Assembly (NCBI GenBank): GCA_013115145.1
Contig: JAAPAO010000275.1
Span: 1 to 44,057, forward strand
Length of the DNA: 44,057 nucleotides
Direction of reading: 5' to 3'
Source of the DNA: Perkinsus chesapeaki ATCC PRA-425
Lineage: Eukaryota > Protista > Perkinsozoa
Each line of letters opens with the position of its first letter. Position 1 is the first letter of the stretch. A program made the position numbers and the translations under genes. Of this stretch, positions 25,461-35,501 are shown in pieces. The notes under the pieces are model-generated. The model did no database searches. It was given only the letters and a program-made list of their open reading frames with translations, and had not been told where the DNA came from.

Positions 25461-28254
25461 ATGAGCTTGGATGGCAACCAAATCGACGGAGATGATGCGA
25501 GTGATATTTCGAGCGACGGAGAGGAAGTTGTAGAATCACTTGCCCAAGAAATAAGATTTGGAATAAATAATAGCTGGTATCCTGGCTTCAGGCCACCGAG
25601 AGTGTAATAGGAGGGGAGCAATTAACATTTTTTGCATCTTGCACGCTTCAAGCTCAAAGTATCTTCACGATTGATATGCGGAATGAAACTGACCTGTTTA
25701 GCATATTGCACGCTTCAAGCTCGGAGTATCTCTGAGATCGATATGCGAAATGTAACTGACCTGTTTTGCATCTTGCACGCTTTAAGCTGGGAAGTCGAGA
25801 ATATATTTCTCACGCGGTCATCTTGGCAGGTTCTCGACCCTCCCAATTGATGGTTGTCAAGTGATCTGTGCAACCGGTAAGTTTGGGACTGCTCGGGGAA
25901 TGCTACGCAGTGTTGAGGTTCTGGAATCACAGAAGTACTCTTCATAGTTTACACAAGCTACATGAAATCTTATTTATAATTTTCTCCTCTTTCACTCGTC
26001 AGAATTTTCGTTTTTCCCAAAAAAAATTCTAAATTTTCCAGGAAATTTCGTTATTTTTTTCGTGCAGGTATTTTGGATACTTCGGCTTCGGTTGTCAAAC
26101 TCAAGGAGGATAAAGAGTACAATCTTGGATGGCTGGCTAACGTATTCTGGGCATATTTTCGTGGCGCGTGAGAAATGGTCACAGGTTAATTCATCACTGG
26201 TTGCATTGAAGGGAGATTTGCTCGTGCCAGGCTCGAAAGACCTGACTAGTCAACCGAAAGAACACAGTAATAATTATTTGGCGCGCGGGAAAACTTGTCG
26301 AAAGTTTCAAGGTGTTCCCAATGGAAACTCACTATTATGGGAAAATATGTCAGATTTTTGCCTTTGAAAAGAAATCCATTTCGTTCCCAATGAAAAAGCT
26401 TTCCGGTAAAACTGCGAATTGAAAAACGCCGATTGGATACGTACTGAAAATTGTGAAAGGAATTTAGTATGAATAAAGCAGGCTATTTTAGCAGGCAAGT
26501 AAATCTGTTTAGTTCGATATAGTTCGATATTTTTCGGGAAAAAACTTGGTGAAATTTTCCGATTTTTTTGTCAGTTTTACGGGTATGGGATGACGGTAAA
26601 GTAAACGTGATTGTTCCAAAGAACCAAGTCAAGCCGATGAGAATCTTCCTGGATAACTCTTCTTGGGTGATTTCAAGCTCTGGCGGCGACCCGTAAGATA
26701 TCTTTTTGCACGCATGCACACGAAGATATTTCTCAAGTTACGTTCCGCTACCTTCGTTGAGTGAGGACGATGTTGGTCCGCAGCTGGCTGGAAGGCTGTT
26801 GAAGGAGCAATCGAGCGAATGGCCAATTTGTTATTGCAAAGTCGGCAATTGGGTCATGCTCAGCGGTACTAAGGACGTGGGTTCAATCCCGGGGAGGGAC
26901 ATTTTACCCCAAACTCGAAATTGATAAGGTTGCCTGAGGGGAAGAAGACCCGAAAAAACAGGGGAATCGATCTCTCGCTCTCCAAGGCTATTAGATTGTA
27001 TTCTTCCCGTCCGAACTGAACGGTGTATTTTCAAGCTAATCGGGTTCACTTTTTGACTTGAGCATTTTTAGTATTTATTAGACTACAGGACGTCCTTGCT
27101 TGGCTATGTCCAAGCATGAGATATGAAATATTATCAGTTTTAATTTCTTTTGAAGATTTACGGTTGCGGAGGAGTATCATCATTCAGTGGTGTCAGAAGT
27201 TACGCAATCAATTCTCATCGCCCTCTGATTTGCCTCCATTAAATCGTCGTCACATTAGAAGCACTTTTCATCGAGTACATAATTGTTATCAATTTATCGA
27301 AGCAATAACTTAATATTAAACCTTCTCCAAGAACTCATCAGTCCAAGTTGGTATTAGGCTATCTGTGATGATGATTTGTATTTGGCGATTCATATAATGC
27401 AATACTTTATGTGGTACTCTGTTTACCTTGGAAATTGATAGTGATGTATGTTTGCACGCATGCGCATTTCTCAGGGTCGATATTTGATTATGATGAAAGA
27501 TATGAATCGATTGTAAGAGGGAGGCTACCAGAAGGATGTCGACCAGCGACGGCGGTTAAGTTACCAGTTACACATGGAGGAATGGTTAGTGAATGTAAGG
27601 GTATCTTAGGTTGAAGGATGCAAGATGCATTTGAGGTTGAAAATAGAATTCGAGGTTTAAAATAAAAAAAGATACTCTTGAAATTGAAAATAAAAGATAT
27701 CTGAGGTTGAAAAAAGATACTTTTGAGGTTGCAAATAAAAGATACTTTTGAGGTTGAAATGAAGAGATGTTTCCAGGTTAGAAAGGAGTACTTCATAATT
27801 AAATGACATTCAGGTACAGTTTGGTCAGATGGCATTATTACGATAAATGCAGGTGTGTATTCTCAAGCTAAGAAACAAACTTCTGAGTAAGTCACGAAGT
27901 AAAACGTATCTTTTACAAGTTAACCTATTTCTTATCTTTTACAAGTTAACCTATTTCGTATCTTTCACAAGTTAACCTATTTCGTATCTTTTATAAGATA
28001 ACCTATTTCGTATCTTTTGCAAGTTAACCTATTTCGTATCTTTTGCAAGTTAACCTATTTCGAATCTTTTTAGTCCTAATAAAAATAAGACTATCACATA
28101 CCTCAAGCGCGGTACCGTGTCACTTAATACTGTTCGGTTCTTCGTGGATGAGGGAGAAAGACTCGACCTTTATGAGGGTTTTGCTCATGTACTGCCGGGA
28201 TGGGAGGAGTTTGATAGGAAATATGTTACTAGTGATACGGAGGAGGAGATATAA
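25461..28254 (+). CDS. Multi-exon protein with an LPxGCRP (phage tail-fibre-like) beta domain
   Basis: MSLDGNQID..NSW|FSTLPIDGCQVICAT|GILD..WLAN|VNSS.. then CYCKVGNWVMLSG|SIFDYDERYESIVRGRLPEGCRP..GTVWSDGIITIN..GTVSLNTVRFFVDEG. Frames restored by GT-AG introns; 3' end ambiguous. Confidence 0.55.
25625..25790 (+). repeat. Three tandem family A copies with a 67-bp period (intronic)
   Basis: TTGCACGC cores at 25639, 25706 and 25773. Confidence 0.85.
27905..28070. repeat. Intronic minisatellite, 26-bp unit, about 6 copies (family A 5' half)
   Basis: AAGTTAACCTATTTCGTATCTTTTGC at 27917, 27943 and onward. Confidence 0.9.
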
Positions 28255-28474
28255 TAGAAAGGAGTTTGATAGGAAATATGTTACTAGTGATACGGAGGAG
28301 ATATAATAGAAAGGAGTTTGATAGGAAATATGTTACTAGTGATACGGAGGAGGAGATATAATAGAAAGGAGTTTGATAGGAAATATGTTACTAGTGATAC
28401 GGAGGAGGAGATATAATAGAAAGGAGTTTGATAGAAAATATGTTACTAGTGATACGGAGGAGGAGATATAATAG
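28205..28474. repeat. Tandem repeat, 55-bp unit, 5 copies
   Basis: AGGAGTTTGATAGGAAATATGTTACTAGTGATACGGAGGAGGAGATATAATAGAA at 28205, 28260, 28312, 28367 and 28422. Confidence 0.9.
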
Positions 28475-28526
28475 AGTGACTCTTCTTGCGTACGGAAATT
28501 CGTGACGTTTTGAAGTTGTTTGTTAG

Positions 28527-31500
28527 TTACATGCTAGACCACAGAACTACATCAAAGATAAGGATGCTAAGAGTGGTAAGTTGACCTATCGTGTATCTTG
28601 CACGCATCAAGCTCAGGAGAATCTTCGGAATGCAATGAAGATTCGGACTCTGACAGCGAAGGTGACGAATGGTATCTTACGGGAGACAACTCGCCCGGAG
28701 GAATCTCGATTGCAACCGCGACCGCGCGCCACGATATTGGCGATCTGGAGACCTCGGCAAGCACTGCTGAGGTTGAAGCTGGTAAGTGCGAATCTTTATA
28801 GTACGAAAGATACGTGAAGTGTTATTAGATGTTACGGGTGGAGTTAGGGTGTCGATGTGTGGTGGATTGGTGATGTTGCAAGGAAGCTGTACATATGTGG
28901 ATACACATTCCGGAAAGGGGGAAGGTACGTTAACATCTCAGGTATCTTGCATGCTTCAAGCTAAGATATCTCTCTCAGTTACCCAGTCGGAAGATGATCG
29001 AGTTGGAATTGCTCAACTTCCGATGCATTTGGCTCCCTCGACCACTACTATACATTACGTCTACGGAAACAGTAAGAAAAACCTTCGCAGTGCGCAAAGC
29101 GTATCCCATTCAGTGCGCAGGTCGTATCTTATAATAGATATTCCCATCCTTGGAAAACTTTGTGGTGCGGTGAGCGTATCTTAGCACTTAATCAATAACG
29201 ATGAATTATATCCGGTCACAGAAATCTCACGTATTTCAGAAAGGAAAATTTATTCCTTTTTTGCAAATTTTCCGCAATTTTAGGTTTTCACTGCCAAGAT
29301 AATTTTTTGACGGACTCGGAAGATTTTTGATTGGTCTCAGATAAATGGAGCAGGGAAAGAATCGAGATCGACCCGACTGGAAAAATTATGAGTTGCAGCG
29401 CGAAGACTAGAACGCTACATAAGAGAACCGAACTCTCTGGCATAGTGTTCGTAAGTTAACCTTTCGTGTATCTTACATGCATTAAGCTAAGATACTATAT
29501 TGAACTTTTAGGCGCCGCGGTCGAGCCTTGCGAAAGATGATGGACTCTTGGATGACGCCGCAGGGCTAGAGGTGGCGACAGGCTCACGAAGTAAGGTGTA
29601 CCTCGAGGTTAAGCGTGCATCCCACAGGTTAAAAGATACTCCTGTCTCAGATGGCGAGATTCCAACCGCCTTATGCGCTGGGAAGTTCGCAGAGGATTTG
29701 AGCAGGCAAGATTGGAAGGATATCCTGGAAGAAGTTACATCGTAAGTTATTTTGCTTCCTGCGCGCTTCAAGCTTGGATATTCCTAGGGCATACGAAGAC
29801 GCACTTGAACGTCGACATGTTAAAGAGAAATATCCGAAATGCGAAGATGACCGGAAATCGTTCTCGTTCGATGTGAATCAAGAATTTATAAAGTAAGATG
29901 ATTCTCTTCGTTTCTGGTGAGAGCGCTTCATTGCCTTCAGATACGGAAAGGATCATCGAAGGGAAGAATCGGAAGATTGGCGGTTGAAAATGGAGAGGAC
30001 GAGTCGGGTAAGGTCGTGGGTTCGATACTCGGTCTTGGCATTTTTCCGGGATTTTTCAGAATTTTCCTAGAAGAGATTTTCACAGTGCAGCAGATCCGTC
30101 GATGATGACGATTTTAGCTGATCGAATTGCGAACGAATTGTAAGATTCGGAATAGATTGATGTGAGGCCCTTAGATATCTTGGGTTGAAGCGAGGTTTTT
30201 TGGAAATGGTGTCATTTATTTCTCTGCGAAGTATGTAGTTTTTCACAAAAAATGAGGAAGTTTACGAAGAAGTATTTTTCCTCAAGAAGGAAATTATTAT
30301 CGAGACTCCAGCGTGAGGAAGTATCTTAGCTTGAAGCATGCTTTGTGAACATGTCTGGCTGAATCTCATTACATGATCAGGGAGAATTTCTATTTTCCCA
30401 AGTACAAATTGCCAGTTGAAAGTGATTGGGAAAACGTGAAAGATGAAACGCTCCGCTCCGCTAGATATAGAGCGACTGGATTAAAAAAGCGAGTTGACGG
30501 GCTTCGAGAAATCATTGAGAGATATGGAAGCACGAATGATTCGCAGGATAATGGAGGAGGAAACGCTCAAGCTTTGAGGGTAACGTATATTGTATCTTGC
30601 ATGCTTCAACCTAAGATACTCCGTGTCAGGCACTTAGGCACTTTGGCGAGCAGCAACAACAAGGCAACTGGAAACTAAGTCCGCGTGCTTTGGCCTTGCC
30701 TCAAGTGAGCGGAGCGAAGCGTTTCTTATTTCATTTCTTGTGCTTCGCTCCGCTAGTGTATTATTTTTCACTTTTTAGTTGCGAAGTCTGAAGAACGCTG
30801 ATAAGGAGACTTTCGATAAATTCATGGAGGTGAGCAGTTGGTCAAAAAAACGAAAAATCCGACCTCCTTTGATTGCAACCTCATTCGTGGAAAATTCATT
30901 TAGGCAAGTTGTTTTGGATTTTTTTCCTCATTTTTTCCAGGAACTAGCGAATTTTCCGTTTTTGGCAGATACAGGAGTGGTGGCTTGGTTTCGATACAAA
31001 TGAGAAAGTGTTGACACACAGCACTCTGATGGGCAACAAAGATGCATTTTCGTGCAGGTAAATTTATCGTCTAATGTAGGCTCGGAAAAGTTATTAAAAG
31101 GCCCATTTTACTGGGTCACCTTGTAGCTTTGTCGCCTACATTGCCCGATTGACTAAACTCACCACTGGAACTGTTTCCCAATGCAAATATATGATAGAAG
31201 CTTTATGTACCTCAACAGACGTTCCAACGCTAGTGGAGATTGGTTTACTCAGACTAGCGACAGCAGTCACTTATAGAGTATTTTAATCTGTGTTCTTCTT
31301 CTGGCTCCTCGGTGGCTAGAATCCTTTCTTACCTTAAGTGTAGCTCATTAACCTGTGTTCTTCTTCTGGCTCCTCGGTGGCTTGAATCTTTTCTTCCCTT
31401 GAATGTATCTCCTTATGTCTGACATATCTGAATTATTTCTATTTCAGTGGCAAGTGGCGCATCCCTGATGATCCGAGCGTCCAGAAGGCGTTGTTCTACA

Positions 31501-34500
31501 ACAAGGCGTGGTTGTATAAGCATGGCGTGCACACGTATATTTCGGAAATACAAACACCAATGTAAGAATCTTCCGGCAACTAGTTTCCAATCTTTCTGGT
31601 CGGAGTGTGGGCGAGCGAAAGGACGATTTTGGCGTGTCACCATCATCTGCTGAGATCATCATTTTCCATGGCATTTCTTTCGAAATTTCTCTCGCAATTT
31701 TCCCGATTTTTTCTTTCTCTAAATCAGTCTCATCTTGGAATTTTTGGGGAATTTGTCGGGAATTTCTGTCAGTTTTCGGAGATTTTTTTGTAGTCCAAAA
31801 TTTTCCAACATTTTTCCGAATTTTTTGCTCTTCTTCAGTTTCCCATTCATAGAAGATATCGATTTCGAAGGAACATTCCACGACATTGAAGGCTCAGGCG
31901 ATTTGGATACGATCATCTTGGACGAGAATTTAATGTTCTTGAAAGAGTAAGAAAAATACCCCCACCGAGGATCGAACTCGGGTCCTTTCGATTACCAGAC
32001 GGGTACAAGCGTTGCATTTATTCTTCCCCGATTTGGACAAGTTCAAATGCCACGTCTATTCGGCGTCGGGATACAATAAAGGAAAGGAGCGATGGAAGAG
32101 TTCATTTCATTTAGTATGGCCTGATTTGATAGTAGATGGAACAATGGCACCAACGATGAGGTGAGCGTTAGGGAAATCCAAGATTCAGCAAGAGTGGCAA
32201 GATTTTAGGAATGTTACTGTTGAGCATTTTGAGGACTTGACGAGGAGGGATCCTTATTTTAAATTGATGTAAGCGGGAGTTGAACCGGGGGTTGGATGGT
32301 TTCGAAAAACAGTCTGGTGCTCTACCGCTGGAGTATTTGGGAAGTAAATGGTTCGTGGATGATGATATCCACGAGAATTGAAGGAATGACATCAATCTGG
32401 TGGACACGTCTCTGGATTTTTCATATTTCAAAAATTACCAAAAGAATGTATCTTTGGGATTCTTTCAGGTTCAAAAGAATGATGAGATTTTTCGATCAGA
32501 ATATTTGGGAAAATGTCTTTGATCAAACCACAGCGAGTGCCAAGAATGGTTTGAGAATGCCTTTCTGTAGGTCGCGGGTTCGATCCTCGGTGGGGGCGTT
32601 TTTAAATTGATTTGTGTGTATTTTCAGGTAACAAAGTTTCGTGGCATAAAGACGCCGAGGGAAGGAAACAACCGAGAGTTGAGGATCGCTTCTCGCTGCC
32701 GATTGGTAGGTTGAAGCTTGCACCTTCTACGTGAGAAAGATACGACTTTAAAAATGATAGGCAGTAGGGTCGCGTATCTTACGTTTAAGGATGCTTCCCA
32801 CATTTTTTAAAGATACGCTAATCCGAGGTCACTCTCATAATTGAGTATCTTAGGTTGAAGCTCGCTTTTGACTTCTTTCTCTCCAGGAACTATCGAGTTT
32901 GAATATACACGGAAAGAAATCGGTCCAAAAGAATTGGAAAGATATCGCCGGGACGAACAGAAAAGGTTCGATCAGGCGGAGAACGATTTCAAAGAGAGAT
33001 TACAGTAATTGACCTATGTTGCATCTTGCACGCTTCAAGCTAGGATATTTCAGTGCTTCTAAGGATTACCGAGATATCCAAGGTGATCGAACCTCAGCCC
33101 ACACGAGCGACAAGACTTCCATGGATAGAAGTTTGGCATTTGCCAAGGCTTTGAGGAAAATAGGCGGAGGTAGCCTGGTGTAAATCTTGCTAAATCTTGC
33201 TTAATCTCAACGTTCGAATCAGATCCACGGTATTTGACTGACTTGAAGGCTCGTTGGATAACGGGGCCGTTGAAGAAGGACGAACTGAGAGATATGGATA
33301 TAGAAACAATAGCGGAATGGATTGCTCGAGGTAACTTACTATATATCTTGCATGCTTCAAGTTAAGATATGCTTCTCAGGTTCCTGTCGGAGAGGCCAGT
33401 ACACCACTGATGATGTGACCACGTAGGGAAAAACTTTTCTTCCGCAAATTTTACCGAAATTTTTTTCAGCCCCAACGCAGATTTCGTAAAAGCCTACGAA
33501 GAAGCAGATTTCGAATTGATAGAGGAAATAGGTCGGTGTCGTTGACGTAAAAAGCGCACGCCCAGTTGATCGATTTCAGGCCTGGATGCAATTAAGGAGA
33601 CTGACAAGTGGAAGAAAATGACGCCGTGTGCCCAGAAGGGTGTGCTTGTTAGATTTCAACAGTGAGTGGGGAATTTGGTGTTTTTTCCGGGGAAAAATTA
33701 ACTTTGTGTTGTCAGTAATTTGCCAAAATTTCAACGTTTTCGAGAAAAAAATCGTTTAGATTCTTGGAAGGAATTATTCTGTCGGGAAATTTTCGGAAAT
33801 TTCAGTGTCTCTCTTGAGTTTTCAGGGAATGTTCCGTGGCGCCGGAAATTATTTTGATTTTTATTGTAGGTATCGGCAGAGCCGAGGGCTTTCTACGGAG
33901 GGAATAACAGTGCGAACGTCGAAGAATAAGAATAGGGGGAAAAAGAAGGTAACTTGTTTTGTATCCTGCATGCTTCAACTTTGGATACGTCTCAGAAGAC
34001 TAAGGAGAACAGTCAGACTACTGTTCAAGAAGAGGAAGAAGTGAGATGTTTTGGCGTGGCGAAGTCTGGTCAACTGACGTCCTCTGAAATTAGGTGAAAC
34101 CACCGACGGGACGATCTGGATTCGATTTCGATTATTACAAGCGAGGCAAGGATAATGGAGGGGAATCTTGTATATGGAGGTAAAAAACTCTACTCCTTTC
34201 GTATCTTGCACGCTTCAAGCTAAGATTCTCCGACACCTGTACGGAATTCAAAAAGAAATTCAACGAAGGGCTTATGGACCAGGATTTCGTTGCATCGGTA
34301 AGCGTGGTAAATCCATCACGTAATCGATCATGTAATCGATCTCGTTTTCAGGGCTTCGGGGCTCTACGAAGTTGTCTCAATCACCCTTTCGGCTGTTCCT
34401 GGTCGAGGAATCGGAATGGCCGCGGAGTTGTGTGGAGATCTCCACCGGAGAAGGATTTGGGAGATATGGGATTTTATAATTCTGACGTAAGATACGAAAT

Positions 34501-35263
34501 GGGTTGATTTGATGACCTCTGTCGAGTTCAGAAAAATCACCATCCTTGGAGGGGAAGCGGTTCCAGAATATGGAGAGATGGCTGCAGAGAATAGTAAGCA
34601 GTGGGGAAGGAGTATCTTGAGGTTGAGCGTGCACGTTACGAATGAGGTCGTTGAGGTTCGCACGGCACGTAGACTCTTCCTATCTGTGGAATGCAGTAAT
34701 CAACCTCGCGTCGATGAAATGCAAGATGACGTGAGGTTATGAGATTGTTTCAGTTTCGTGCCTAAGTTCGGGTTGAGAGAAGACATGGTCGAAGTTAGGC
34801 ATTACGAAGTATCACAAAGAGTCATGCTTATGGGAAACTGCAATAGTCAGCTATACAAGGTGAGCTCCTTCGTATCTTTCAAGCATCAACCTTAGATATT
34901 TGTTGAGGTTGAAGCGCGTAAGATACAAAATAGGTCGATCTGAAATACTTTTTAGGACGTCGCATCTTTGCTGGAGCTCATTTGTGATGGACCCGATCCC
35001 GCTTTGTATAAAACTTTACCGAGTTGCGAGACGGCGGACGACGGAGACGTTCTTGCGGGTGTAATGGACGACGTTTCGGCAAGAAATGAACTCCAAGCGT
35101 AAGAAGAATCTTAGGTTGAATCACGCAAGGTACTGATGAGGTTAGGTATCGCGACGAGCTTGATTCTTCGGATGTGGAAGATGATGATGACGAGCTAGTT
35201 CCCGAGACCGTCGAGCTAAACAAGTTGTCGCCAGTGATTGAAGAATTGACCGATTCACATTAA
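28527..35263 (+). CDS. Large multi-exon protein with a central archaeo-eukaryotic primase (PrimPol-like) domain; start uncertain
   Basis: Spliced frame FME|IQEWW..AFSC|SGKWRIPDD..YISEIQTP|IFPFIEDIDF (motif I DxD)..LKE|RVQALHLFFPDL..KSSFHLVWPDL (motif II SxH)..WENVFDQ..GLRMPFC|NK (motif III)..FSLPIG|TIEFEY. Continues through many GT-AG introns to the acidic C-terminus ..EELTDSH* at 35263. The 29165-29450 join is less certain. Confidence 0.75.
30008..30059 (+). other. Intron with tRNA T-arm and terminator (family B)
   Basis: GTA AGGTC GTGGG TTCGATA CTCGG TCTTGGC A TTTTT..TTTTCAG. Removal restores the frame RTSR|NFPRRDFH. Confidence 0.7.
30708..30754. mobile_element. 47-bp element with perfect 13-bp TIRs at the 5' end of intron 30705-30778 (family C)
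   Basis: AGCGGAGCGAAGC (30708-30720) and GCTTCGCTCCGCT (30742-30754). Single arms recur near 7024, 9826, 13781, 18047, 18157, 18291, 21646, 30449 and 37642. Confidence 0.7.
31284..31410. repeat. Two-copy 65-bp direct repeat in an intron of the AEP gene
   Basis: CTGTGTTCTTCTTCTGGCTCCTCGGTGGCT at 31288 and 31353. Confidence 0.85.
31947..31998 (+). other. Intron consisting of an antisense tRNA 3' half plus terminator (family B)
   Basis: GTAAGAAAAATACCCCCACCGAGGATCGAACTCGGGTCCTTTCGATTACCAG. The reverse complement reads CT GGT AA TCGAA AGGAC CCGAG TTCGATC CTCGG TGGGGGT A TTTTT. Removal joins AEP motif I to motif II in frame. Confidence 0.85.
32567..32627 (+). other. Intron consisting of a sense tRNA T-arm, acceptor strand and terminator (family B)
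   Basis: GT AGGTC GCGGG TTCGATC CTCGG TGGGGGC G TTTTT ..TTTTCAG. Removal restores LRMPFC|NK. Confidence 0.85.
33005..33053 (+). mobile_element. Representative family A introner-like intron (more than 25 related copies in the window)
   Basis: GTAATTGACCTATGTTGCATCTTGCACGCTTCAAGCTAGGATATTTCAG. Related introns at 28576-28616, 28925-28978, 29451-29511, 29742-29787, 30580-30629, 33331-33379, 33949-33995, 36681-36732, 37145-37195, 37438-37494, 38596-38644 and 38752-38814. Confidence 0.75.
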
Positions 35264-35501
35264 TTTAAACGTTTCAACGATTCCCCTGTCGCCGTGTTCG
35301 CCAGTAGGATTTTATCCTCCTTCGGAAGAGGTTCTACGAAAAGTCCCAAGTCTTCGTAGGAGACAAATCTGCTCCACCTGATGCCTCGGGGATTGGCTCA
35401 AAATCCAATTTTCCTCCGATGTTGATTTCTCTAAGCAACTTGAAGAACTTAACTTTAGCAATTTTTGGGATACGATGTGTCAGCTTATCCTTTCCCTTGA
35501 T

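Noticed and set aside
29283-29340. In-frame TGA in the apparent exon GFHCQDNFLTDSEDF*LVSDKW
   Set aside because: An intron 29165-29340 (GTGCGG..TCTCAG) removes it and restores the frame LC|DKWSR.
13514-32627. Calling the T-arm motifs intact tRNA genes
   Set aside because: None has a D-arm, an A-box or a pairing 5' acceptor strand upstream. The upstream sequence is protein-coding exon or unrelated.
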